Part shown: piece after piece, positions 18,601 to 27,109 of the stretch
Position numbering within the stretch: the stretch's first letter is position 1
Layout of the letters: every line of letters begins with the position of its first letter
Assembly: GCA_964480115.1 (NCBI GenBank)
Contig: CAYZOB010000049.1
Coordinates: forward strand, 23,712-87,711
Direction of reading: 5' to 3'
DNA: 64,000 nt
Source of the DNA: an uncultured Candidatus Peribacteria bacterium
GTDB lineage: Bacteria; Patescibacteriota; Gracilibacteria; UBA1369; LOWO2-01-FULL-3
Position numbers and translations under genes: made by a program
Notes under the pieces: model-generated
Seen by the model: the letters and a program-made list of their open reading frames with translations, nothing else
Databases searched by the model: none
Told to the model about the DNA's origin: nothing

Positions 18601-21600
18601 AATACCTGATCGCAGACTAGTGCCTGTATCCAGCCATTCCAGCTTGTCCGGACAGCCTGCATCCAGACATCGCAAAGTATCTTTCAGCAGCGTCATCGAA
18701 GTTGGCGTGACATCTGACAGCATCAAATTTTTCACCGTGTTTCCGCTATCATTTTTCAAAACAATTAAGTATTCAATCTCGTCTTCAACTCCCACCGATC
18801 CACCATTCAAGTCTTTGCCCTGCTTGGAAGAATTCAGTGCGAACTTTCCATCCTGTTTGATGTGAATAAAATTGAATTGCTGGTCAAAAGTCTGTATAGG
18901 CACATCCTTAGTTGCAATTTGGTCACTATTTTGAATCAGATTTTGTAGCTCACTGGCATCCTTAATATATTGAGGATTTTGAGCCGGAGCCTGGTCTCCC
19001 GCCAGCGTAAAATTGATGAATTTAGACCAGTTCGATTTCGGCGATTTTCCATTATCCGGCAATTCCATCCCCGGATAATTTATGAACAAATTATCTACTT
19101 GATTGAGCTCGCTGTTTAAATTAAAGCCGAAATTCCTGCTATACCCATGATTTGTCTCTAGGCCCAGGCAAGACTCACCATCTGATTTATTATAGAAAAT
19201 GCTGATACTTCCGGCCGAATCACTCGTCACCAAATCTTCACAGCCATCGGCATTCATATCCGCCGCCTTCATTTCATAAATTTTCTTATCCTCCAGCGCC
19301 AAATTCAAAGGTTCGCGATCAAAGCTGCCGTTATTATTTTTAATCAGACTCACGCACTGTTCCCCCACATTGCAACTTTTCTTTGTGCCGACCACCAGAT
19401 CATCATAGCCATCATTATTTACATCAATTTTTGTAATGCTATAAATTCCGTTATAAATATTCAGCACATAGCCGCGATCTCTGAATTTTTTATTACTGAT
19501 TTCATTTTCCAGCAGTCTGATTAGTCCATCTTCATAAACCAGTAACAAGTCATCATAGCCGTCACCATTGGCATCAAATTCAATTAATTGCTGAATTGGC
19601 TCCGCACCGTTAAAAATCGCCTTGCCGACATCTTTGCTGAAAAAAGTATCTTTACTCACCAGCTCGTTTTTACTATCCGCCCCGGTGTCTACCTTCAGCT
19701 TAATTGTCGGATCACCATAGATAATTCCCGAGTCAGCCGCGTAGGGAATAAAAGAATCACCAACTGAATTGCCGGCGGCAAAAAGTAACATGTGCTTATT
19801 GGAGCCTTCAAAACCTACTCCTGAATCCTCGGCGGCATTTTCCAAACTGCTATAGCCGAAACCGGGAGCCTGGCTTCCCTCAATTTTCTCTTCATCATCT
19901 ACCATGTACAGCCCCTTCGGCTCAGCCGAAGATGATCCGCTGAATGAAGACACGAAATTATATTTATTTTTATCGGTAAGCGGCTCGATATAAATTCCCG
20001 CAGTGAGATTTTGGGCTTTTGCACCAAAGTCTAAAATACTTACCGCCTGTCCAACATTCTGCTTGAAACTGATAAGAGCGATATCACTTGAACCTTTAGA
20101 GAGAATGAAAGCAAAATTAGCGACCTTGGTTTCATCATCCTTGTTCGGCACGCGTAATTGATAGCCATCATCATTAATGGAAATTCTTCCATATTTATCA
20201 ACCTTCACCTTGGTATCGCTTTCGATTTGCAAATAAACACCATCATTCTCCTGGCTGAATAGCGGCACACTGCCTTCATCCAAAACTTTCACGAAAACTC
20301 CTTCCTTCTCCGGCACTTCCGTCTTGTCATCCAATAGCACCACCGGCGCGTCCACCTTTGGCACCAGAAATACATTAGCCAATTCATCACCGCTGATATC
20401 GTCCGCGATCGATACTTTCTGATAAGGAAAAGAACTGGTAGCGGCTATAACTTTACCGAAAACCACCTCGCTCATAAAATCTATTTTGCCATAACCATCT
20501 ACTCCGAAGAGTCGTTTTTTCTCATCCTTGGTAGCCGTCACGGCACTCAAGGACTGTACCTGACCCTTGGAATAAAGTATGGAATTTGACAGATTATTGT
20601 CTACACCAGGCTTGCCAAAATTCCCACCTAGCAGAGAAACATACAGAGCTCGTGGTGAGAAATTTTTCACCACATTACTGTCCATATGCTTATTAATCTT
20701 CAGGGAAATAGTGCCATTGGCAAAATTCTTGGCACCCGACTTGGCATCTCCGGTCTGCGCAATAATATTAGCTGTACCGGAAATATTTTTACCGGAAACT
20801 TGAACGGTTGCCACGCCATTTTTAGTTTCCGCCTTGTTTTGTGAGAAGCTGACCAGCTTATCAGTCGCTACCGTCGCGCCAAAATTAATAACCGTGCCAT
20901 TATCATCTTTTACCAGATTGCCGCTGGCATCCAACAACTTTGCCGTCAGCTCCGTCTCAGATGCGTTTAGCTGAATCGCATTTAGTTGAATGCTCTTCGC
21001 CACATCCGATTTAACTTTAAATTTAAAGGAATCACTCACGAACCCCGGCACTTCCACCAAAATTTCTTCTTCACCGGTCAGCTTGCCGACTTTGAAAGTA
21101 ACATTAGCGGAATTGAGTTCTCCATTCACCAGATTTCTCGGTGGCTTATTCGCGAAATTGCCAATATTCGGCTTCAGCACGGTGAATTTTATTTCTCCAT
21201 TATAATTTTTTAAAACCTGACCATTGTCCATGAGTTTCACGCCTAATCTCACTATCGATTTACCATCAGCAATCACGGAATTCACCGGCTGAAAATTTTC
21301 ATCATAAATTTGCAATGACAGACCAACTTTATCCAAAATCTTGAATGATTTCGTAGCCCCGATATATTTACTGAAATCTATGCCCTCGGTATTATTTCCC
21401 GCTTTCAAAATTTTGTCCTCCAGATCAGGTTCCAATATAACGGCTACCACATCTGCATCTCCCGGCTCACTTCCGGCGAATAATTGCACGCTCGCTTTAC
21501 CATCCAGCGTGTCCAGCTGTGTACCGATCAATTGACTGTTGACATCGATACCAGGATCAAATTTAGCTTTATCATTTACGAATACAGCGATTTTATCGAA

Positions 21601-24600
21601 AGCATTATTGGCTGCATTGCCAAACTTATCCCTCAAAATAAAATCCAAAATAATATTCGATTGATTATTCGCTACCAATACATCTGCATCAGACTGAATT
21701 GCAATGCTCTCCGGCTCTCCCGCCACAAGCTGCAAATCTTTAGTTACAACTTGATAAGTCACATCGACTTTGCCATTCTCCTTCAAAACCTCGGCCTTAA
21801 TCGTGAAATCCCCAACTTTTTTCCCCGCCTTCACATACACCCCGGCGCTGCCACCGCTACTGACAACCACATTATCTCCGACAAAGCTGGCCAGATTGGA
21901 AGAAAGCGAAAATTTCACATTAGGCTTTTGCTTAATTTCCACCTTGCCGGTTTTATCATAAATCACCGCTTCAATTTTCATAATTGAAGTGTCGTCAGCA
22001 GTTAAAGTATTACCTGTCATTACTTGATATTTGCTCTCTTCCTTCTTTTCCGCCTCTTTGAATGGGTTATCGCTAAAGGCTTCCGCCAGCCATCTCTTGC
22101 TATGAGTTTCCGACCTTGGTTGGGCATCCTTTGGCAGGAATTTCTTGTAATATTTTGCCCCAATAAAATATTCTTCCCATTTTTTCTCCACCGGAGGCGT
22201 AACCGCATCCTTCTTTTTTTGAACTTCTCTCGGAACTTTTTTATTAGTCTCTACCTTGTCATTCTCCACCGGCGTAGAACGAATAGTTTCGAACTCTTGC
22301 TCCTTTACTTTAGTGGATTTGAGAATAACCAGATCTTTATCTTGATCCCGTGCGGGCTGTCCATCACCGTTGTTATTTACATCATCCGTTTTATTTTTTT
22401 CACCTGTTTTATTTTGATCATTACCATGATTGAGTTCTCCAGCCCCTGCCTCACCTCCGCTGCCACTTTCATCACCACCACTGCCACCACCACTTCCGGT
22501 TTTATCAGCCGTTTTATTAATATCGCTCAAAGCTTTTTCCAATGCCCCCGTCTTAGTGCCTAAAACGCCACCGGTACCATTTTTGCCTGCGTTTCCATTT
22601 CCATTTCCATTTCCATCGGTGGATCCGACCCCATTTGAACTTCCATTGCCACCGCCGGCTCCAGCATCAACACCGGCATCTGAAACTGAACCTGAAACTG
22701 AACCCACTCCAGCATCAACACTCGCATCCGAACCTGCTCGCGCTTCCGCCCCCGCGCCCGCATCCGACCCCTTGTCCTCCGCGCCCCGCCTCTTCGCCTC
22801 AATAGCCTTCAATAAGTTGTCATAGCCGACTATTTCATTGTAAACATAACTGTTAATTTCTACCGTATTCGCATCCGGATCTGGAACATTCTGATCCGAG
22901 CCGCCACTCTCATTATCATTTTTGACGGCCACTTCGCCGGGATCTCCCGCTTTGCCCTTATCATCAAATTGCGACGCGACTATCGCCAAACATTCATTGG
23001 TAAATTTCGGCACCGTACTTAAAGCTTTCATGAATTTCTGCAGCTCTTTTATGAAATCTTGCAGCCACACGAATTCATAACTATCCTCTTCTTCGCTATC
23101 TCCACCACCAACATCCTCCTCACCTTCACCTACCCCACCTTCTTCAGCGCCCAACCCATTTGACACTTGAGCTAGCGGATCAAAAGCCGAATTTTTTTCT
23201 TCCGGCAAATCTCTATTAAAATTTATATCGAATGAATTCTCTTCGCCCTTCAAGACCAGATAAGCGGCTTCATAGCCAAATTCCGCATTAATACCGTCCG
23301 GAGCCGGCAAAAGAGTATGATCCGCCACATAAGCATTTCCCTGATTTTTATAATCACCGTTCAAATAATATTGCAAAATATACTGATGTTTCTCATCAAT
23401 ATTCAAATTAAGCCAGTTCAAAGCATCATAGATTTTTGGCTCAGCCGCCTTGTTTAAATCAAAGCCCTGCACAGGACTATCCACGGTATTTTTCACCACC
23501 GGCAAAAGATAATTATTCAGCATCTCGTCACTGATCTGCTTTGGTGTAAAATCTCCCGCTTCAGCTTCCGCTCCGAAAATTCTATAACTTCCCGGCACCA
23601 AGGCCAGCTCAGTAGCCTTGGTAATCAAAGCCGCCTGCAATTGCGCCATATTTCTAATCTCCTCATCAAAAAGATTAACGTATTTAATTTTTTGAGTTTT
23701 ACCTGTAAGCAGCGGTGCTTTCAAAGCCGCATCACCAATAGTTTTTTTAATAGCTTCCACGTTGATTGCGGCATTTATCGGCTTATTTTTATCATCAGGA
23801 TAATTTTGCCCTTTCGTCGGTTCATTTTGAAAAGCGATATATCGCGGATTATCAATCGGCAGACTGAAAGTAGTTTGAGCTTTTAACTGCTGTGTAATTG
23901 TATAATCCGTTGGTTCATTATGCAGAATGAGACTGGATAATTTTTTAAAATTGTTCGCCTTAACATTCAGCGTCACATCCTTGTCAAACTTTTTTATCGT
24001 ATAACTGCCGTCGCGAGCCAATAATTTTCTGGCTATTTGCGGCATATCCCAGCTCGGAATGGCGTATTTAACATCCGCTTCATCAGGATCATAATATTTA
24101 TGATCATAAACTCCATCCGGATCAATCGGCGGATTCGCATTCGGGTCGCCATCCACCCACTTATAATCAGTTATGCCCTGACCGTCCTTGTTATCACCAT
24201 CATTATCAATGCCATCAAACAGCCCGTACCGATCGGAGAAATCTTTTAGCGTTACTTGTGGATCGTCATTCAGAACCACCTCGCTCGCATCAATTTTATC
24301 CAGACCTTGCCAGGTGCTCTCTCTCGGATTATATGTGCTGCTTTGCTCAATACTGTCTCCGTCTACATAATCCACGTCATCCGCCAAGCTGCCATTCAGA
24401 AACAAAGATAGCGATTTCAGCAATTTACCATACAAGTCATTTTCGAAAATTTTGTCAGTGACATCATCTTTATTCGCCGCAGGCAAACCATTGAAGCAGG
24501 AATTCATATACACCTCATCCACGTCCTCATATTTATAATAATCATTTTTTCCACCACCGGGGAATTGATAGCTGTCCACATGCTTATCCGCATCCACATT

Positions 24601-27003
24601 GAATTTTTCCGGAAATTTCAGCAATATCGGCGCCATACTTCCGGCAGGATCGAGTACCGGCATTGTCGCCATTATTCCCAGACAACGATCACTATTACTA
24701 CTGGTAGAATTGGCATTGCAACCGGCTGACGGATCATTAACCTTGTTGTTATATAATGTAAAAATCGCTCCCTCGCTGGATGTCTCATAAGTTTCGCCAT
24801 TATTGAAATCCACCCCCGGAGGAGTGTCCAAAAGCACATAAACTTCCGGATCACCCTGAGGATCCAAGCTGTTTGTCAGGCCATTTTTATCTACCGTAAA
24901 AGAAAAATATTGTTTTTGAACTTTACCGCCGCGATAAAATTCCAAGCTGAAATATCCGGCGATTTGCGAAGCATTTCCTTGATCCAGATTCTCGCCACTG
25001 AGTAACTTGATGATATAGGGGAAATTTTTCAGCCTCTCCGACGGCTTCACGCTGCTATTTTTATCATTCACTATGTCAATCACGGTCTTTACCGCCTGAT
25101 AAGAATTTTCGATTGCCTGATCAAAAGTATTTGCAAAATTTATATCCTGTCCATTCACTTTCACAATTACGTCACCCTTTTGCAAAGCCTGCACGCCGGA
25201 CAGCGGATTTTGAATAAAAGCCGAAATTCCATAGGCCGGATTATCTTCCACTATCGCGCCGGTATTATAAGTACCATCGTTGTTTGCTTTACCCGCATAC
25301 GCCTTGGCGGTGGCCTGATATAATTCAGAAGGCTGTCCGCCAATTGAAATTGGTGAGAGCATGCGAGTATTCACGCCTGTGGTATGGACATTCTGAAAAG
25401 TAGCCCCGTCATCGGAACGAATTGAACGCGTCAGTACGGAATACTTACCACCCACAGCCCTCGGATTAAAAGCCAGATTTTCATCGAAATATTCTGACTT
25501 TGTAGAACCTAAAAATGGCGTGCATTGTTTAGGACTTTGCAGAATCGTCGCATCCGTACCATTCACATACCATTTCTCATCCTGCTGATTTTTATAATTG
25601 AAGCGATAGAACAGCTTGTCCGTAAACGTACCCTCTTCGGCACCTGCCTCTTTAATTTCAATCTTAAAAGGCTTACCCTCGACTTCTCCTGACAATTCCG
25701 AGGAGTCAACCAGCTTAATCGGTTCTTGTATTTTTTCGGCGATCTGATTGGTTTTCTTCTCCAGCGCATCATTTACCGCTTTTAAATAATATTTTGTATA
25801 CTCATCTTTTATGGCAATCAGACCGGCCACGCTATCCACATTCATTTTTCCAGCCACACTTTTGTCATATCGCGCCGTGTTATAAGCCCAATCATTTACA
25901 TTCCCGATATATTTACTTAGAACTTGATAATAGGGGATCAGGGTCTGATCTATGACCGACTTGCTGTATATGTCCGGCATGGCCGTGAGAGGATTACTGT
26001 TTTTTATTGAATCCAAAAACTTGGCATTCTCTCCCTTTGGCTTGATTTCTTCCGGTATATCCTTGAGCACGGCGGTAGTTTGACTAATCATTTCGTTGGC
26101 CCAGAATTTGTTGTAACGCTTGTAAGCCAGATCCTCCAAAGACGCTAAATATTTGGTGTAATTCTTGTAGCTATCGGTATTTATTTGTTCTTCCTCATGC
26201 ACTAAATCGCCAAAAAACATTCTCCGGTCAAACTGGGCAAACATCGGCACGCCCTCATAATAGAGATGATTTTTATCAAAATATTCCGCCAGTTTTTCGC
26301 GTGCATTAAAATCCTGCCCCGGAGCATTGATCACTCCATGCCAAATTTCCGGCTTTGGAAAGCTGACGCCGGTATTCCTTTCAAAACTTTTTGTTTTAGT
26401 ATTAAACTGATAAGCCTTATCGGAAAAATCCGTATATGGGAACATACTGATATAGCGATTGCCATTTTTATTCACTACCGGCAAAGGAATATCACCAACA
26501 AGCACCACCCCGGCCAATCTGTTTTTATTTGAACTCGCCGCGTCGCCTTTACGGTAAAGATTTTCCAGCGCGGCGGCCAAATCCTGCACCGAATCCTTAC
26601 TTTTATCGAAGAAAAGAATTTTTACATCAGTCAGATCACTGCTTTTTCGCACATCCTCGGCATATCTTAAAACTCGATTTCCCAGCTGCGTATCTTCAAG
26701 TTTGTTGCTGAACTCCTGATATTCCGTATATTTCTTTAGCCCATCATAAGAATTTTTATCCTGATCCAGACCCACGTCCACCACCACGGCTACCAAATCA
26801 TAAACCGTCGCTGGTGCATTTGGTTTATCAGCTTGCGGTACTTGGCCATCCTCTGCATAAGCCGTATTGCTCAGACTCGGATCTTTCAGGACCACGGCAC
26901 TTACACTCGGCATCGTAATAATCTCGTTAGCTAAAACAACAAGAGTCAGCAAAGAGCATATTATTTTACGGCCAATATTTTTAATGAGGATATAATTCAC
27001 CAA
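12649..27003 (-). CDS. giant (4784 aa) mosaic cell-envelope / adhesin-like protein
   Basis: Uninterrupted 14.35-kb ORF. The only starts upstream of the N-terminal hydrophobic segment are TTG (27003) and GTG (27000).

Motifs seen:
- PDZ-like segment (LQKGDVIVKVNGQDI)
- Invasin-type Ig-like repeats
- FG-GAP/VCBS-type DxNxDGxxD repeats (DANGDGYDDLLLV, DVNNDGYDDLVVG, DMNADGCEDLV)
- DUF11-like repeat
- FN3-like module (ISWLPVEGAVSYEI)
- SLH-like segment
- Thrombospondin-type-3-like DxDxDGLS repeats. Confidence 0.9.
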   Translation of the reverse strand: MVNYILIKNIGRKIICSLLTLVVLANEIITMPSVSAVVLKDPSLSNTAYAEDGQVPQADKPNAPATVYDLVAVVVDVGLDQDKNSYDGLKKYTEYQEFSNKLEDTQLGNRVLRYAEDVRKSSDLTDVKILFFDKSKDSVQDLAAALENLYRKGDAASSNKNRLAGVVLVGDIPLPVVNKNGNRYISMFPYTDFSDKAYQFNTKTKSFERNTGVSFPKPEIWHGVINAPGQDFNAREKLAEYFDKNHLYYEGVPMFAQFDRRMFFGDLVHEEEQINTDSYKNYTKYLASLEDLAYKRYNKFWANEMISQTTAVLKDIPEEIKPKGENAKFLDSIKNSNPLTAMPDIYSKSVIDQTLIPYYQVLSKYIGNVNDWAYNTARYDKSVAGKMNVDSVAGLIAIKDEYTKYYLKAVNDALEKKTNQIAEKIQEPIKLVDSSELSGEVEGKPFKIEIKEAGAEEGTFTDKLFYRFNYKNQQDEKWYVNGTDATILQSPKQCTPFLGSTKSEYFDENLAFNPRAVGGKYSVLTRSIRSDDGATFQNVHTTGVNTRMLSPISIGGQPSELYQATAKAYAGKANNDGTYNTGAIVEDNPAYGISAFIQNPLSGVQALQKGDVIVKVNGQDINFANTFDQAIENSYQAVKTVIDIVNDKNSSVKPSERLKNFPYIIKLLSGENLDQGNASQIAGYFSLEFYRGGKVQKQYFSFTVDKNGLTNSLDPQGDPEVYVLLDTPPGVDFNNGETYETSSEGAIFTLYNNKVNDPSAGCNANSTSSNSDRCLGIMATMPVLDPAGSMAPILLKFPEKFNVDADKHVDSYQFPGGGKNDYYKYEDVDEVYMNSCFNGLPAANKDDVTDKIFENDLYGKLLKSLSLFLNGSLADDVDYVDGDSIEQSSTYNPRESTWQGLDKIDASEVVLNDDPQVTLKDFSDRYGLFDGIDNDGDNKDGQGITDYKWVDGDPNANPPIDPDGVYDHKYYDPDEADVKYAIPSWDMPQIARKLLARDGSYTIKKFDKDVTLNVKANNFKKLSSLILHNEPTDYTITQQLKAQTTFSLPIDNPRYIAFQNEPTKGQNYPDDKNKPINAAINVEAIKKTIGDAALKAPLLTGKTQKIKYVNLFDEEIRNMAQLQAALITKATELALVPGSYRIFGAEAEAGDFTPKQISDEMLNNYLLPVVKNTVDSPVQGFDLNKAAEPKIYDALNWLNLNIDEKHQYILQYYLNGDYKNQGNAYVADHTLLPAPDGINAEFGYEAAYLVLKGEENSFDINFNRDLPEEKNSAFDPLAQVSNGLGAEEGGVGEGEEDVGGGDSEEEDSYEFVWLQDFIKELQKFMKALSTVPKFTNECLAIVASQFDDKGKAGDPGEVAVKNDNESGGSDQNVPDPDANTVEINSYVYNEIVGYDNLLKAIEAKRRGAEDKGSDAGAGAEARAGSDASVDAGVGSVSGSVSDAGVDAGAGGGNGSSNGVGSTDGNGNGNGNAGKNGTGGVLGTKTGALEKALSDINKTADKTGSGGGSGGDESGSGGEAGAGELNHGNDQNKTGEKNKTDDVNNNGDGQPARDQDKDLVILKSTKVKEQEFETIRSTPVENDKVETNKKVPREVQKKKDAVTPPVEKKWEEYFIGAKYYKKFLPKDAQPRSETHSKRWLAEAFSDNPFKEAEKKEESKYQVMTGNTLTADDTSIMKIEAVIYDKTGKVEIKQKPNVKFSLSSNLASFVGDNVVVSSGGSAGVYVKAGKKVGDFTIKAEVLKENGKVDVTYQVVTKDLQLVAGEPESIAIQSDADVLVANNQSNIILDFILRDKFGNAANNAFDKIAVFVNDKAKFDPGIDVNSQLIGTQLDTLDGKASVQLFAGSEPGDADVVAVILEPDLEDKILKAGNNTEGIDFSKYIGATKSFKILDKVGLSLQIYDENFQPVNSVIADGKSIVRLGVKLMDNGQVLKNYNGEIKFTVLKPNIGNFANKPPRNLVNGELNSANVTFKVGKLTGEEEILVEVPGFVSDSFKFKVKSDVAKSIQLNAIQLNASETELTAKLLDASGNLVKDDNGTVINFGATVATDKLVSFSQNKAETKNGVATVQVSGKNISGTANIIAQTGDAKSGAKNFANGTISLKINKHMDSNVVKNFSPRALYVSLLGGNFGKPGVDNNLSNSILYSKGQVQSLSAVTATKDEKKRLFGVDGYGKIDFMSEVVFGKVIAATSSFPYQKVSIADDISGDELANVFLVPKVDAPVVLLDDKTEVPEKEGVFVKVLDEGSVPLFSQENDGVYLQIESDTKVKVDKYGRISINDDGYQLRVPNKDDETKVANFAFILSKGSSDIALISFKQNVGQAVSILDFGAKAQNLTAGIYIEPLTDKNKYNFVSSFSGSSSAEPKGLYMVDDEEKIEGSQAPGFGYSSLENAAEDSGVGFEGSNKHMLLFAAGNSVGDSFIPYAADSGIIYGDPTIKLKVDTGADSKNELVSKDTFFSKDVGKAIFNGAEPIQQLIEFDANGDGYDDLLLVYEDGLIRLLENEISNKKFRDRGYVLNIYNGIYSITKIDVNNDGYDDLVVGTKKSCNVGEQCVSLIKNNNGSFDREPLNLALEDKKIYEMKAADMNADGCEDLVTSDSAGSISIFYNKSDGESCLGLETNHGYSRNFGFNLNSELNQVDNLFINYPGMELPDNGKSPKSNWSKFINFTLAGDQAPAQNPQYIKDASELQNLIQNSDQIATKDVPIQTFDQQFNFIHIKQDGKFALNSSKQGKDLNGGSVGVEDEIEYLIVLKNDSGNTVKNLMLSDVTPTSMTLLKDTLRCLDAGCPDKLEWLDTGTSLRSGIIKNISVPAGGQRIISYKMIVNLVPKIHFELGNNFVQYTANKDDPSNNDLYGDIMIRPEVNPDGIITYLYSVESEKYEKFETTPADNSSNAVDDTFAKLGLPSPSEIIAASAKGEVSPEMAAMLKKFAASQNQDKDYNGCADKWSDILITAQSSGEALATGIENTLSNLRCSGGGCLPIPYNYALLAQDGAIPGLPAVSIVPYPPYVLPFAPSIGTNSFFRFYISPTTTLGLGGAACAGPNGVGGCFAFSVPGGIPGVCAAVKQAVHGVISAASKAVVNVETGQSAAIIDGQGAGGAKGVDTGGSWGNARDPISATSKVNVKVPGFPSVVTNWLDGEIDEIYTKLLRFPTFYFVLPDFSRVGQESKLAAQQFSFRGFNDFATSLSNFPFVKLEGKEIIIKIPAISPKEIAKYKYQADAWIKHMESELQKYKLWDCEKNENRQTFCDAITVDMQTLINSVRKFMDALDKIANLPKDILHWRNVEAKYATQIICYLDAIMQYTGGYINRQQKIVESWTKAIRDTIRTFKQWKIIMDTVTEYQQSCDKCKNDRFSKLGLLLQLFAVIPDIPIIPLPKLPDVVVDFSQIKTGVTIIWPDVVFRPEPIILPNLPDINLPDVLPVDLNFDLDALTGGKLDFQIDIPKFPDFSLPNLPDLPQIPLPQLPDLPKPPKIPALPNFVGKFMTNLKFIFKILCLLKNGQLFIPETLLETEIETMTQPNVQVVLPIVKNLGVQFPPIEYSYVDQIRINGKLNFTIDTNFIYVAADKGAKIWNDGVAGFIGNINKYTSLPYGQIVNKYIQTLIDKAQNGVQKKLDKPLSFENIQMENFQMENIRVEMNQYVAELEKNKGPDTYNLVATQKFIDSSNPLLNRSLAEIENAIKYENLPNSSGLLQMAALRDQMIAYTKGLKATDGVLKEIDDYNEFGKILVDNNSQRVDLIAANPSANDVTGSNVGEVGKTLAFSFLGKEVESAIKQAAENADLSGKRDLIAAAINFSPQDIVDNANAPTPPPIGFYVSAGTVSENVLNYTKELKGKTNILFSDVDHDQDYDIVYSTGGDIYLKTNYNPANNLKLPEGELIIGLTNNAVGDFVNKGGIAVDGLAVPAISTGKFDISWLPVEGAVSYEIVLRKSIYDDIENAAYNFKVIVSALSDKNSPRISENVPNGNYYVNVFAVNSNDEKSLISDTVIAAPQSCADNESPMPVINSTEYTISIFQNLEIDAGGSFDPDGKIEQYYLERMPYESSQSDPNTGDKLKITPMPKILGSDVTVLIDEDGDGFPFNDKTNSHFNIGPFENEGDIGDHKFLLHVVDASGKNSSIEITIHVIAPAISLDESFAATGEATGTTEPKTPELPFWLMRSRYISRVINGQLKLVPRIDKLKEAFTEAGGGYFIRDLILDDMILVENADGEVVAEINPKTGNIGAIEDGYKAVINEAIPPNTPTNLEIKDKNDQVLGTIYMVADANSDVNIYQNFGFVAENMGDLKGVNIDDLDKSDDFIFEKLPANDADNPGGAVLKNVAENKVLASVDSSGNVVIFDKRLTIAQKINDHANDPLIINVNFAGKTVGEIYVALLKPATIIGANDVPQMSPRKPSAGVLNGSLAISKGPDAANYVIDPSFKFTQEDLVKRKDFVKVLLKMICVIPREEAYKAFVSGSGYTDNALLGDYHPDIKEATLLQFIDGYKGEKNDSGLSPFKPENNITRAEAIKIILKALEYRGIIDMSSLKEGDPWYGDYLQAARNLTPYLKSGKPIKNNFVITEEEAKNPAKLMNFGELLVMVQRVLDIYNCFEQDTNNDGLTDYCAAKYKITDAKADPDQDGLSNSQECTNNLNPLDADSDQGGVKDGKEIAMHTNPLDPVDDAIDEDQDGLSNYEETNIYHTDPYNPDTDGGSKNDGKEVEDCGDPLNQKDDDKLNSCKNQSVPGLYLVPAECNACPCISTFTHKADLIPGDVFFPVVAKYYPQYYEIKPNDKTYIFTKGNEVQIQTITK

Positions 27004-27061
27004 GCCTAAATTTTACTCTCCCAATCAGTTAAATACAATTTTTACAGCCGGTAAAATCGTC

Positions 27062-27096
27062 AAAAACCCCGCTTCCGATTGACAGAAGAAACCGGG
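27062..27096 (-). terminator. intrinsic terminator candidate after abiEii, insulating the giant operon
   Basis: The minus strand reads CCCGgtttCTTCtgtcaatcgGAAGcGGGG followed by TTTTTGACGATTTT. Confidence 0.5.
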
Positions 27097-27109
27097 ATTG
27101 TATGGAAGG

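Noticed and set aside
12790-26711. Dozens of 60-180-aa plus-strand ORFs (for example 21484-21987, 22024-22563, 22430-22825) and short minus-strand out-of-frame ORFs inside the giant gene.
   Set aside because: They are shadow frames of a 14.35-kb ORF with strong domain content. Their sequences are low-complexity or hydrophobic nonsense typical of antisense translation.
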